From: Hyalangium minutum
GTDB lineage: Bacteria; Myxococcota; Myxococcia; Myxococcales; Myxococcaceae
Assembly: GCF_000737315.1 (NCBI RefSeq)
Contig: NZ_JMCB01000013.1
Coordinates: 310,001-374,000 of the forward strand
Direction of reading: 5' to 3'
Length of the DNA stretch: 64,000 nucleotides
Part shown: positions 50,914-60,997 of the stretch, piece by piece
Layout of the letters: every line of letters starts with the position of its first letter
How positions within the stretch are numbered: the first letter of the stretch is position 1
Program-made: the position numbers and the translations under genes
The notes under the pieces: model-generated
What the model was told of the DNA's origin: nothing
The model's input: only the letters and a program-made list of their open reading frames with translations
Database searches by the model: none

Positions 50914-52218
50914 CTAGAATGGACCCCGCATGCCCGGGGGCTTGCCTGCCTGTTGCGGGCTCTTCGTGGCGGCCGAACCCTGCGCGCCCGTGGCCATCGC
51001 AGTGATGATCCGATCGCCCTCGCGCAGCTCGCCCTCGACCACCTCCGTCACCGAGCCATCCGTCAGCCCGGTCTTCACGGGCACCGGGGCGGCCTGCCCG
51101 TCTCGCAGCACGAAGAGCGTCTTGCCACCTGCCTTCTGTCCCGCTGCAGGCACCGGACCACTGGCGGCGGTGGTGGCGGCTGGCCGGAAGCGCAGCCCCG
51201 CGTTGGGCACCGCGAGCGCGTCCGGCCGCTGCGCGGTGATGATGGTGACGTTGGCCGTCATGCCCGGCTTGAGCTTGAGCTCGGGGTTCTCCAGGTCGAT
51301 GACGGCGTCGTAGGTGACGACGTTCTGCACCGTCTGGGCCGCGTTCCGGATCTGCCGGATGGTGCCCTCGAAGCGCTCGCCCGGATAGGCGTCTACGGTG
51401 AAGGCGGCGCGCATGCCCGGCTGCAGGCGGCCCACGTCGGCTTCACCCACGCTGGTGTCCACCTGCATCTTCCGCAGGTCCTCGGCGATGGTGAACAGGG
51501 TGGGGGCCTGCAGCGAGGCGGCCACCGTCTGCCCCACGTCTACACTGCGGGAGATGACGATGCCGTCCGTGGGGGACACGATGGTGGTGTACTTGAGGTT
51601 CACCTCGGCCTCGTTGAGCGCGGCCTGGGCCTGGGACAGCGAGGCCTCGGCGGAGGCCACCTGCGTCTGGGCGGAGGCGGCGCTGGCCTCGGAGGTCTCC
51701 AGCTCCGCCTGGGCGATGAACTGCTTGTCCCGCAGCTCCTTGGAGCGCGCGGCCTGGCGGCGTGCGTTCTCCGCCTCCACCTTGGCCCGCTGCAGGTTGG
51801 CCTTCGCGACCAGCACGCTCGCGCGGCTGCGCTCCACGGCCGCCTGATAGAGCTGTGGATCGATCCGGGCGATCACCTGCCCCTTCTTCACGGGCGAGTT
51901 GTAGTCGACGAGGATCTCCTGGATGCGGCCGGAGACCTGGCTGCCCACCTGCACCGTCACGAGGGCGGACAGTGTCCCCGTGGCCGTGACCTTGGCCTCG
52001 ATGCTCCGCCGCTCCACGGGCGTGGTCTCGTAGGCGGCCGCGGCCTCAGGACCCGGGCGCTTGAGCCACCACGCCGTCACGAGCGCTGATGCGATCACGG
52101 CGGCCAGCCACCAGCCCCAGCGCGCAGGCAGGGACGCATGCTTCTTGGGCTCAGCCGAGACGGGGCGGGGTGGGGGGGAAAACGCTTCTTTGCGTGTCAG
52201 TTCGGTAACGGGCCTCAT
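50914..52218 (-). CDS. macA: MacA-like periplasmic adaptor subunit
   Basis: VQVGSQVSG, VKKGQVIARID, IVSPTDG, GQTVAASLQAPTLF and LKPGMTA. Confidence 0.88.
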   Translation of the reverse strand: MRPVTELTRKEAFSPPPRPVSAEPKKHASLPARWGWWLAAVIASALVTAWWLKRPGPEAAAAYETTPVERRSIEAKVTATGTLSALVTVQVGSQVSGRIQEILVDYNSPVKKGQVIARIDPQLYQAAVERSRASVLVAKANLQRAKVEAENARRQAARSKELRDKQFIAQAELETSEASAASAQTQVASAEASLSQAQAALNEAEVNLKYTTIVSPTDGIVISRSVDVGQTVAASLQAPTLFTIAEDLRKMQVDTSVGEADVGRLQPGMRAAFTVDAYPGERFEGTIRQIRNAAQTVQNVVTYDAVIDLENPELKLKPGMTANVTIITAQRPDALAVPNAGLRFRPAATTAASGPVPAAGQKAGGKTLFVLRDGQAAPVPVKTGLTDGSVTEVVEGELREGDRIITAMATGAQGSAATKSPQQAGKPPGMRGPF

Positions 52219-52237
52219 ACCTGACAGGTGTATGAGG
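52213..52237. promoter_or_regulatory. Inverted repeat overlapping the macA start codon
   Basis: CCTCATAC-N9-GTATGAGG, with inner ACCTG/CAGGT. Confidence 0.4.
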
Positions 52238-52265
52238 TCCCGCGTTGCGGTGAATCTCCGCCGGA

Positions 52266-53750
52266 TTACGAAAGATGACGGGTGCGCTCCCCAGGGCTGG
52301 CTGGCTGCTCCTCCGCCGAGGCCTCGAGCGCGGGAGCTGCGGGCAGCACAATCCGAGCGGTGGTGCCGGCACCGGGCTGGCTCTCCAGCGTGAGCGTGCC
52401 GCCATGCGCGGTGACGATGCGGCGGGCCAGGGCGAGCCCCAGGCCCACGCCACCCGTGGTCCGCGCACGGCTTCGGTCGCTGCGGAAGAACGGGGTGAAG
52501 AGGTGAGGCAGATCGTTCGGATCGATGCCGATCCCCTGGTCCGCGATCTCCAGCTGGAGGCCTGAGTCCGTGGACCGGGCGAGCAGCCGGACCTGGGTGC
52601 CGGGCTCGGAATACTTGCCCGCGTTGTCCAGCAGGTTGTCGAGCGCGCGGCGCAGGAGCATGGGATCCGCGTCCAGGGTGGGCAGGGTCCCTTCCGTGCT
52701 CAGCTCCAGCGTGTGGCTCGGGCGGGCCGTTCGGAAGCGCGCGGCGGCTTTGTCCAGCAAGGCCTGCGCCTCGACTCGCTCCTTGCGCAGAGGCGGGGTG
52801 GCGCCCGGCGTCTGCCCCGTGGCGAGATCCAGCCGGGCCGCGGTGAGCACGTCCTCCACCAGCCGCTCCAGCTCGGTCAGGTCCGTGGTGATGTCCGCGA
52901 GCGACTCGCGCGCCAGGGCCTCGTCTCCATCGGTGGCCAGATCCAGCGCCACGCGGATGCGAGCCAGCGGGGTGCGCAGCTCGTGCGAGACGTTGGCGAT
53001 CAGCTCCCTCTGCGAGCGCAGCAGGTGGGTGATGCGCTCAGCCATCTCGTCGAAGGCCACGGCCACCTGGCCCAGCTCGTCGCGCCGGCGCACGCCCGTG
53101 CGAGCCCTCAGGTTGCCTGCACCGAAGGAGCGCGTCACCTGGGCCAGGTGCTGCAGGGGCACAGCCAGAGTCCGCGCGAAGATCACGGAGGTGACGGCCG
53201 TGCACGCGAGCACGAGGAAGATGAGCACCGCGAAGTTGATGGGAGGCGGGCCCATCGGATTGGCGTGCCGGATCACCGCATAGGCCACGGGGGGACCTTC
53301 CAGCGGGATGGGCAGGACGATGCGGGGACGCTCCTTGTCGCGTGGGGGCTCGCGGTCGCGTGGGGGCTCGCGGTCGCGTGGCTCACGCTCCCGGAGCGCG
53401 CGATCCCGGGAGATCCGCTCGAGGGCTTCGCGGGACACCTCTTCGAAAGGGGGAGAGGCGGTGGAGGCGAGAACCTGGCCGTCCAGGGTGCGGATCGTCA
53501 CCTTCTGATCGAAGTATTGCTCCGCCTGTTGCAGCGACTGGTCCAGCGCCTCGGGCTGTTCCAGGAGCGGCGCCCACTGGTTGATGAAGTAGGGCATGAA
53601 CTGAGACGGGCCCCGCCGCATCGGCGGTGGCTCCGCGATCAGATCCCGGGTGCTGAACACCACGGTGACGATGAGGACGAACTGGGCGATACCGACCAGG
53701 TAGATCCGCAGCAGCAGCGAGCTGGGCAGCCGGAGCCGGGGCAGGCTCAT
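52266..53750 (-). CDS. HAMP sensor histidine kinase
   Basis: Two TM segments, a HAMP domain (RRDELGQVAVAFDEM), H-box SHELRTPL and TTGGVGLGL. Confidence 0.92.
   Translation of the reverse strand: MSLPRLRLPSSLLLRIYLVGIAQFVLIVTVVFSTRDLIAEPPPMRRGPSQFMPYFINQWAPLLEQPEALDQSLQQAEQYFDQKVTIRTLDGQVLASTASPPFEEVSREALERISRDRALREREPRDREPPRDREPPRDKERPRIVLPIPLEGPPVAYAVIRHANPMGPPPINFAVLIFLVLACTAVTSVIFARTLAVPLQHLAQVTRSFGAGNLRARTGVRRRDELGQVAVAFDEMAERITHLLRSQRELIANVSHELRTPLARIRVALDLATDGDEALARESLADITTDLTELERLVEDVLTAARLDLATGQTPGATPPLRKERVEAQALLDKAAARFRTARPSHTLELSTEGTLPTLDADPMLLRRALDNLLDNAGKYSEPGTQVRLLARSTDSGLQLEIADQGIGIDPNDLPHLFTPFFRSDRSRARTTGGVGLGLALARRIVTAHGGTLTLESQPGAGTTARIVLPAAPALEASAEEQPASPGERTRHLS
53341..53385. 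repeat. 18-bp tandem repeat encoding REPPRD in the kinase sensor loop
   Basis: CGTGGGGGCTCGCGGTCG occurs twice, followed by a degenerate copy. Confidence 0.85.
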
Positions 53751-54481
53751 GCCTCGTCACCCCGGGCCAGCATGTAGCCCGCGCCGCGCACCGTCTTGAG
53801 CAGCTTGGGGTTGCGCGGGTCCTCCTCCAGCTTCTGGCGGAGGCGGAAGATGTGCACGTCGATGGAGCGGTCGAACACCTCGTCCGCGCTGCCCTTGACG
53901 AGGTCCAGGATCTGCTCGCGGCTGAGCACGCGGCCCGCGCGCTCGGCCAGGGCACGCAGGAGGGTGAACTCGTAGCTCGTCAGCGCCAGGGCCTTGCCAT
54001 CCAGCGTGGCGGTGAGGCTGCGCGGATCGAGCTGCAGCCGGCCGGCCTGGATGGGCTGGGTGGAGGGGCCCGCATGTCCCCGGGCTCGCCGCACCTGGGC
54101 GCGGATGCGAGCCACCAGCTCCCGCGAGGAGTACGGCTTGGGCAGGTAGTCATCCGCCCCGCTCTCCAGGCCAATCACCCGATCGATCTCCTCGCCACGG
54201 GCGGTGACCATGATGATGGGCACGTCGCTGCGTGTGCGCAGCTCCCGGCAGACCTCCAGGCCGTCCTTCCCGGGGAGCATGAGGTCCAGGAGGATGACGT
54301 CGTAGGCATGGTGGCTGGCTTCGGTCAGCCCCTCGGTGCCGGTTCGGGCGACGGTGACCACGATCCCATGCTCCTGGAGGTAGCGAGCCGTGAGGCGGGC
54401 GAGCCGTTCGTCATCCTCCACCAACAGGACCTGGACGGTCCCTTCCTCGGTCGTGGTGCGCGTCATCGGCTGTGTATCCAT
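53747..54481 (-). CDS. OmpR family response regulator
   Basis: VLLVEDD, LDLMLPG, GADDYLPKP and a winged-helix TVRGAGY. Confidence 0.93.
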   Translation of the reverse strand: MDTQPMTRTTTEEGTVQVLLVEDDERLARLTARYLQEHGIVVTVARTGTEGLTEASHHAYDVILLDLMLPGKDGLEVCRELRTRSDVPIIMVTARGEEIDRVIGLESGADDYLPKPYSSRELVARIRAQVRRARGHAGPSTQPIQAGRLQLDPRSLTATLDGKALALTSYEFTLLRALAERAGRVLSREQILDLVKGSADEVFDRSIDVHIFRLRQKLEEDPRNPKLLKTVRGAGYMLARGDEA

Positions 54482-54650
54482 CGTTCCGGCCCCCTGAAGA
54501 AGAACGCAGCTCAGGGGCTCTGGAGGGATTCTAGGATCTCATGTGCGTACCCGCATGGACAGACCCACCCCTGAGCCGCGCAGGCTGACCTTCTCAGCCG
54601 CCCATGTCCGTAAAGCTTCGGAATGATGACGAAATATTTCGGCTGGGGCG

Positions 54651-55679
54651 TCAGAGGGACTCGGCGGGCACCTCGATCACGGCGGGCTCGATGCGCTCGG
54701 GAATGAAGCGGCGGTCGACCATCTCCGACATCGACAGAGGCTTCGAGAAGATCCCCAGCTTCTGGCCGAGGTCGTGGATCTTTTGCAGCTCTGCCTCCTC
54801 AGGCGTGAGCCGTTGGTATCTCACCCGATCCTTGGGCACGGTGAGGACATAGCGGATCACCTCTTCCTTCTGGCGGAAGTACGGGACGGCGAGCCGGGCC
54901 GCCTCTTCGCGGTGGCCTTCGATCCAGGCCCCCGAGCTGGCGATACCGCGGACGAGCTCCCGGAGCAGCTCCGGTTTCTCCGAGATCAGCCGCTCGGTGA
55001 CCACCAGTCCACAGGAGATGAAGTCAGGCCAGATGTCCTTGGCGTGGTGGAGCACCCGGCCGGTCCCATCCAGCTCCGCGCGCGCGGCGTGCGGCTCGCC
55101 CACGAAGTACGCATCAATGGAGTGGCTCGCGAGCGCCACCGGCATGTCGGGAGGGGGAAGCTCGACGAACTCGATATCGTCCGGGGCCATCCCCAGATTC
55201 TCCATGAGCTTGTGGATGACGATGTTCTGGTTGCTGTAGCGCATGGGGATGGCCAGGCGCTTGCCCTTGAGGGCGCGCAGATCGCTGCCAGGGAAGTCCT
55301 TGCGGACGATGACGGTCGAACCGTCTCTGTGGCCCAGGTAGGCGATCTTCACGGGGACTCCCTGCTCGCGCAGCTTCATCGCCAGCGGGAGGATCATGAA
55401 GGTCGCGTCCAGCGCGCCTGTCTTGATGGCCTCAGCCATCTCCGGAAACGACGCGAAGCGTTTCGACTCGAAACGAGCCGAGGGGCTGGTCTTGGACGCG
55501 AAGTCCGTGACCGGGCACGTCAGGTGGCAGGTGACTGGGAGGTACCCGACCTTGAGCACCTCCCGCGTGTCCGAGCCGGTTCCCGCCGCTGGGTGGTCGC
55601 CGCTCAGGCGGCTCCGCAGCACTCCCAGCCCGACAAGCGCGGTGACGAAGACGGCGATGAACACCGTGGAGCGCTTCAT
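54651..55679 (-). CDS. NMT1/NrtA-type ABC substrate-binding protein
   Basis: N-terminal anchor, KVGYLPVTC, LKGKRLAIP and DAYFVGEP. Confidence 0.82.
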   Translation of the reverse strand: MKRSTVFIAVFVTALVGLGVLRSRLSGDHPAAGTGSDTREVLKVGYLPVTCHLTCPVTDFASKTSPSARFESKRFASFPEMAEAIKTGALDATFMILPLAMKLREQGVPVKIAYLGHRDGSTVIVRKDFPGSDLRALKGKRLAIPMRYSNQNIVIHKLMENLGMAPDDIEFVELPPPDMPVALASHSIDAYFVGEPHAARAELDGTGRVLHHAKDIWPDFISCGLVVTERLISEKPELLRELVRGIASSGAWIEGHREEAARLAVPYFRQKEEVIRYVLTVPKDRVRYQRLTPEEAELQKIHDLGQKLGIFSKPLSMSEMVDRRFIPERIEPAVIEVPAESL

Positions 55680-56440
55680 GAGGTCAACTCCTGGGAGAAG
55701 GGAACTCGGGGACCGGCTGGCGCGGGTCCGCCCAGCTTGAGCTCGCCGATGATGTGCTCGATCAATTGGCCCACCTCGGGGTGCGAGGTGGAGCGGGGGC
55801 GTGCCAGCGAAGGGGTGTGGGTGGAGAGGATGCGGGCGGGGCGCTCCGAGAGCACGAGGACGCGATCCGCGAGCGTCACCGCTTCCTCGAGGTCATGCGT
55901 GACGAAGACTACCGTGCTGGGGCGCACGGCCAGGGCGTTGCACAGCTCGTGGCGCATGCTCAGGCGGGTCTGGTAGTCGAGCGCCGAGAAGGGCTCATCC
56001 AGCAGGAGGAGGTCGGCGTTGCCCGCGAGCACCCGGGCCAACTGGGCTCGCTGCCGCATTCCCCCCGAGAGCTGGTGGGGGTAGTGGTCTCCGAACCCAT
56101 CGAGCCGGGTGTGCGCGAGCCACTGCTCGATTCGCGCCAGCCGCTCGCTCTGCGTCGGCAGGTGGGACAGCCCATGGAAGATGTTCTCCCGCACGGTCAG
56201 CCAGGGCAGCAGCCCCTCTTGCTGGTAGACGGTCCGCAGGGTCCCCTGGTGGGAGATACGCCCTCGCGTGGGGCGCTCGACACCCGAGACGAGGCTGAGC
56301 AGCGTCGTCTTCCCGCAGCCAGAGGGGCCCACGATCGCCACGAATTCACCCTGGCGGACGGTCAGGCTCACGTCGCGGAGGACCTCGAGCGGCCCATAGT
56401 GGTGAGAGACGCTGTCGAGCTGGAGCACGCTAGCGTTCAT
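55676..56440 (-). CDS. Nitrate/sulfonate-type ABC ATP-binding protein
   Basis: GPSGCGKT, YPHQLSGGMRQR and LLLDEPFSALD. Confidence 0.9.
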   Translation of the reverse strand: MNASVLQLDSVSHHYGPLEVLRDVSLTVRQGEFVAIVGPSGCGKTTLLSLVSGVERPTRGRISHQGTLRTVYQQEGLLPWLTVRENIFHGLSHLPTQSERLARIEQWLAHTRLDGFGDHYPHQLSGGMRQRAQLARVLAGNADLLLLDEPFSALDYQTRLSMRHELCNALAVRPSTVVFVTHDLEEAVTLADRVLVLSERPARILSTHTPSLARPRSTSHPEVGQLIEHIIGELKLGGPAPAGPRVPFSQELTS

Positions 56441-57194
56441 AGCCCCACCGGACGCTGGGAAAAGTGCTGAGCTGGAAGAGCGCCTGGTCGAGCAGGACGC
56501 CGATCAAGCCGATGACGATCATCCCGCACACGAGCAGATCGGTCCGCAGTCCGTTCCGGGCGTCCCAGATCATGAAGCCGAGCCCGTCACGCCCCGCGAT
56601 CATCTCTGCAGCCACGACCACGACCCAGGAGATACCCGCCGCGACCCGGAGCGCGGTAATGAGCTGCGGGGTGATGGCGGGCAGCGTGACCCGGAGGAGC
56701 AGGCTGGGCCCGCTCCAGCCGTACTCCCGTCCCAGGCGGAAGTAGACCGCGGGGACGTTCGCCACCGCGGCCGCCACCGAGATGGCCAGCGGGCAGAAGG
56801 CCGCCAGGAAAATGAGGAAGATGGACGACGCATCACCGATCCCGAACCAGAGGATGGCGAAGGGGATCCACGCCAGAGGAGACAGGCTGCGGAGGAAGTT
56901 GACGGTGGGCAAGAGGGCTTCGCGCAGCGGGCGGTAGTGGCCGAGCCCCAGCCCGAGCGGCACCGCGAGCGCCGTCGCGAGCGAGAGCCCGACAGCCACA
57001 CGGAACAGCGAGGCAACGATATCCCGAAGGAGCCGGCCACTGAGCAACTCCTCCTGGAAGCACTGGAGCACCGCGCTTGGGGAGGGCACGGCGGTCACCG
57101 GGAGCAGTCCGAGCGCCGAGCCCGCGCCCCAGCAGAGCAGCATCACTGCCGCTGCCAGCAGGGGGAGGAGCCATCGGGAGGAGGCGAAGTGCAT
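56430..57194 (-). CDS. Nitrate/sulfonate-type ABC permease
   Basis: LSPLAWIPFAILWFGIG and AAEMIAGRDGLGFMIWDAR. The frame is also open and coding-like upstream to 57329. Confidence 0.85.
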   Translation of the reverse strand: MHFASSRWLLPLLAAAVMLLCWGAGSALGLLPVTAVPSPSAVLQCFQEELLSGRLLRDIVASLFRVAVGLSLATALAVPLGLGLGHYRPLREALLPTVNFLRSLSPLAWIPFAILWFGIGDASSIFLIFLAAFCPLAISVAAAVANVPAVYFRLGREYGWSGPSLLLRVTLPAITPQLITALRVAAGISWVVVVAAEMIAGRDGLGFMIWDARNGLRTDLLVCGMIVIGLIGVLLDQALFQLSTFPSVRWGYER

Positions 57195-57341
57195 GGACAC
57201 CCGGTTCTGCGTCAGCCCACTCAGGCTCATCTCGGCGGACAGCTCGTCCAGGGCGCGCAGCTCCTCAAGATACTCGCACGCGCACCGCGTCGTCACCAGG
57301 CTGAGCCCCCGGGCCAGCGGCTCAATCAATGGGGCTTGAGC

Positions 57342-58637
57342 TCAGGGGAGGAATGAAGGGGGGACCTGGCCTTGCTTCTCTGGAGGCTGGATCGGCAGCC
57401 GCACCGAGAAGGTCGTCCCCTCGGTTGCGGTCGAGCGGACGGTCACAGTCCCGCCATGTGCCTGCACGAGATGGCGAACGATATAGAGCCCCAGGCCGAT
57501 GCTTCGTCCCGCCTGATCCGAAAGGTTCGAGCCGCGTTCCATCGGCTCAAAGATCCGGGGGAGCAGATCGGGGGGAATGGGAGTACCGGTGTTGTGGACC
57601 TCGAGCAGTACGGTGTCCGCTTCATCCCGCGTTGTCACCTTCACGGGAGAGCCGGGGGCGCTGTAGTGGAGCGCGTTGACGAGCATGTTGGAGAGGACCT
57701 GCTCTAGCCGATCCGGGTCCCACGTCCCTGCTCCATGTCCACTGTGCTCTACGACGATGGACCTATTCGGATAGACGGCCCCCAGCTCGTCAACGACTGC
57801 GCGCACCAACACAGGCAGGTCCAAAGCCCTTCGCTCAATGAGGATGCCACCCCCCTGCCGAGCCCGTGTGAAGTCCAGGAGGTCACGGATCATCCGCGAG
57901 GCCCGCTCGGCAGCCAGGAGGATGCGCTGAACGCTCTGTCGGTGGCGCTCGTCAGAAATCTGGCGAACCAAGGCAGAGGCCGTCAGCCCAATGGCGCTCA
58001 AGGGATTGCGCAGATCGTGGCTGACGATTCCGATCAGCCGGCGCTCGAAGTCGGCGCGCTGGAGAAGCTGCGCTTCACGTGTCTCCACCTCTCGCTGGGT
58101 CTGGTGCGCGCGCTCGAGGAGCTGGGCGGTTGTGGCCGCCATACTTCGGGAATGCTCCTCGGAAACCTGGGCCACTTGGAGCGCTTCCTCTGCCAGCAGC
58201 CGGCTTGCGCGCTCATCTGCGACCACCTGCCTCTGCAGCCGATCACGCCGCACCAGTCCATGCACGCGTGCCACGAGCTCCACGGGCTTGAAGGGCTTGA
58301 AGACGTAATCGTTGGCTCCCGCCAGGATCCCTCTCGCAACGTCTTCCGGCCTTTGATGCGAGGTCAGCAGAAGGACGGGCAAGGTCGCGGTGGAGCGGTT
58401 GTTGCGAAGGTACTCACACACTTCGATGCCGGAGAGGCCCGGCATTTCCCAGTCCAGCACCACCACGTCCAGAGGCGGGGAAGCTTCGAGCGCCTCCAGC
58501 AGCGTGGCACCGTCCTTGAAACATAAGACGGTGCATGTGGGGGCAAGTGCCGCTCGGATGAACTCTGTCTCTGTGGGGCTGTCGTCGAGGATCCAGACCG
58601 TTGGACAGGGGTTTTCTGAGCGCAAAGGAACAACCAA
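57342..58637 (-). CDS. Hybrid REC-histidine kinase
   Basis: ILDDSP and LDWEMPG in the REC domain; SHDLRNPL H-box; GLGLYIV. The start is uncertain. Confidence 0.88.
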   Translation of the reverse strand: MVVPLRSENPCPTVWILDDSPTETEFIRAALAPTCTVLCFKDGATLLEALEASPPLDVVVLDWEMPGLSGIEVCEYLRNNRSTATLPVLLLTSHQRPEDVARGILAGANDYVFKPFKPVELVARVHGLVRRDRLQRQVVADERASRLLAEEALQVAQVSEEHSRSMAATTAQLLERAHQTQREVETREAQLLQRADFERRLIGIVSHDLRNPLSAIGLTASALVRQISDERHRQSVQRILLAAERASRMIRDLLDFTRARQGGGILIERRALDLPVLVRAVVDELGAVYPNRSIVVEHSGHGAGTWDPDRLEQVLSNMLVNALHYSAPGSPVKVTTRDEADTVLLEVHNTGTPIPPDLLPRIFEPMERGSNLSDQAGRSIGLGLYIVRHLVQAHGGTVTVRSTATEGTTFSVRLPIQPPEKQGQVPPSFLP

Positions 58638-58834
58638 AGGATGTAGACGGAGAGGTGCTTTAGCAACCCCCTCCGGGCCCTGTCAAAGCGGCTCCAGTCG
58701 CCCCGCAGGTGCCGATTGTTGCTGTCTCAACAACCCAATCGCCAAGGCGGGAATACGGAAACGCGCTCGACCGAGTTGGATCGCTCTCTCGAACGCACAC
58801 GGGTCCGTTGTCCCGGCCTGCCTGCCCCGCGTCG

Positions 58835-58867
58835 TGCTCTTCGATAACTGAGCGTTATCGAAGAGCA
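58835..58867. promoter_or_regulatory. Perfect 14-bp inverted repeat in a divergent intergenic region
   Basis: TGCTCTTCGATAAC-tgagc-GTTATCGAAGAGCA. Confidence 0.55.
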
Positions 58868-58984
58868 GACCCTTAATTCCCAGCTAACGGTGAATTCCCG
58901 GGTGAATTCTCCCGTGTATTCACGCAAGCGGGCACCAATCGAGGTGCCGCGCCGGAGAGCCCTCGAAGGGCTCGGAGAACCCCC

Positions 58985-60727
58985 ATGGATAGGAAGAAGA
59001 CCCGGGAGCGCGTGAGCGCGGCCCTCTGGATGGTGCCTTGCCTCTTGGGCGCTGCGTGGCTGGTTGCTTGTGGTGGTGCGGAGCTCCAAGAAGAGTCCGC
59101 ACCCTTGGCCCAGCAGGAACAAGCCGTAGTGACCTTGCCGATCCGCATCAACGTGGGCGGCGGCGCGTTCACGGATACCTATGGCCGTCTCTGGCAGGCG
59201 GACACCGGTTACCAGGGTTATGCAACGGCCTTTACGACGACGGAGCCCATCTCCGGCACGGAGAACGACGGGCTGTATCAGTCCATGCGTATCGGCGTTC
59301 CGGATATCCTCTACGAGATCCCCGTCCCAGGGCCGGGTCTCTACACCGTCCAGTTTCTCCTCATCGAGCCGCAGCGAAATCTGGCCGCCCCTCGCAACAT
59401 GCGTATCGATGCCGAGAACTGGAGCTATGTGGACCAGTACCAGGGCCTGGTCACCCCGCTGCGCTCGTACACGCTCTTCTTCGACGTTCCCGTCGTAGAC
59501 GGCGCCCTGTCGCTGCAGATCAGCTCGTATGCTGGCTCTCAGCCGCCGGTGGTCTCCGCCATCGAGGTGACACCCTCCAAGTGGAGCTGGCTGGGAGGAA
59601 GCCCCCTGGCCAAGTCCACCCGTCTCTCGAGCACACCTGCGCTGGCGGTGGACGGGGCCAATCGGCCGGTCTTTGCCTGGGAGCAGGACTACGACATCAA
59701 TATCGCGCGGTGGACGGGCAGCACCTATGAGCGGCTCGGAGGCCCGCTGGGCGACGCCTACTCGCTGAATCCGACAATCATGGTGGATGCGTCAGGCGCC
59801 CCCGTGGTGTCGTTCACCGATCAGAGTCCTGACGGCCTCTCTGGGCGGTGCGTCCGCACGATGCGCTGGAACGGGGCAGCCTGGGCGGACGTGGGAGGCC
59901 GTGTGTGCCTTCAGAATTACGGCGCCTTGTCGGTCGCCTCTGCCCTCAACAAACAGGGCCAGCCCGTCCTCGCTGTCTTGATGGTGAACCTCTCCCTTGA
60001 AGACGCACGCGTGCACGTCTACCAGTTCAACGGGACGGCCTGGGAGCAGGTGGGCGACGCGGTCGGTGCGCTAGGCGCGGAGATGAAGAACACGTTCCTG
60101 GAAAAGCTCCGGCCTGAGATCGCCGTGGATCCGAGCGGCCGCATCGTGGTGGCGTGGAGTGAGACCTACGTGCGCGGCACGCTGGCCGGAAAGGCCTTTG
60201 CCCACGTCTTCCGCCGCAACAACGGCCAGTGGGTGCGAGTGGGAACGCAGTTGCCCTCCAACAACAACTCGTCCGAGCACCCGTCACTGGCGCTTGCTCC
60301 GGACGGCACTCCCTGGGTGGCCTATATCAAAGACGGTGCCATTGCCGTGGTGCGCGAGCAGAACGGCGCCTGGGGGAGCACCTCGACCACCGGGCTGAAG
60401 GGCCGGTCTGGTCCCGTGGACCGCACCATTGCTCCGGTATTGCGGATCGATAGCGCCGGGACTGCCACGGTCCTCTGGCTCGAGGATGCACCCTATCATC
60501 AGACCGGCCGCTTCCTCCGAAGGTGGAATGGTACGGCCTGGGCTCCGGTGGACAATCACCTCGGTTCGTTCGGAACCCACTATCTCAGCGGGGAACCCTA
60601 CAGCTGCGGCACCACCGACATGGCGGTAGCCCTGACCAGCACAGGTCAGCTCATCGTCGCAATGCCCGAGGTCACGCCGGCCAACGCCGACTACGGCTAC
60701 ATCCGCCTCCGCATGTTCGCGCCGTAG
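58985..60727 (+). CDS. Malectin-domain lipoprotein with a C-terminal 7-repeat propeller-like domain
   Basis: Lipobox LVAC; RINVGG.AFTD..G..WQAD and TENDGLYQS malectin pattern; seven P.L.VD..G.P.VAW repeats. Confidence 0.75.
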   Translation: MDRKKTRERVSAALWMVPCLLGAAWLVACGGAELQEESAPLAQQEQAVVTLPIRINVGGGAFTDTYGRLWQADTGYQGYATAFTTTEPISGTENDGLYQSMRIGVPDILYEIPVPGPGLYTVQFLLIEPQRNLAAPRNMRIDAENWSYVDQYQGLVTPLRSYTLFFDVPVVDGALSLQISSYAGSQPPVVSAIEVTPSKWSWLGGSPLAKSTRLSSTPALAVDGANRPVFAWEQDYDINIARWTGSTYERLGGPLGDAYSLNPTIMVDASGAPVVSFTDQSPDGLSGRCVRTMRWNGAAWADVGGRVCLQNYGALSVASALNKQGQPVLAVLMVNLSLEDARVHVYQFNGTAWEQVGDAVGALGAEMKNTFLEKLRPEIAVDPSGRIVVAWSETYVRGTLAGKAFAHVFRRNNGQWVRVGTQLPSNNNSSEHPSLALAPDGTPWVAYIKDGAIAVVREQNGAWGSTSTTGLKGRSGPVDRTIAPVLRIDSAGTATVLWLEDAPYHQTGRFLRRWNGTAWAPVDNHLGSFGTHYLSGEPYSCGTTDMAVALTSTGQLIVAMPEVTPANADYGYIRLRMFAP

Positions 60728-60997
60728 GGCTGCTGCGGATTCGGCATTGAGCCTCCAGTGCGGTGGTGGCCTCCAGCGCCGCGAGCGCCGCGTCTACACC
60801 GCCCTGGGGCTCGCGGGCCCATACACCACGAGCCACCAGGCACGCGAGCCGGCTCCGGAACAGGCCGAACCCACAGGCCCTCAATGGATGGAAAGCCGCC
60901 CTTCAGCGACTTATGGTGCGGCTCGATGGCTGCGCGGGCAAGGCGCCCCACCCGGAGAGTACGATGACCCTCACCCCGACTCATTTCGAGTGGAGGG

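Noticed and set aside
60734-60746. Third copy of the TGCGGAWTCCGCA palindrome at the left edge of the cREC islet
   Set aside because: It is a 12/13 match, and one such match is plausible by chance in 64 kb of GC-rich DNA, so it is not used as evidence.
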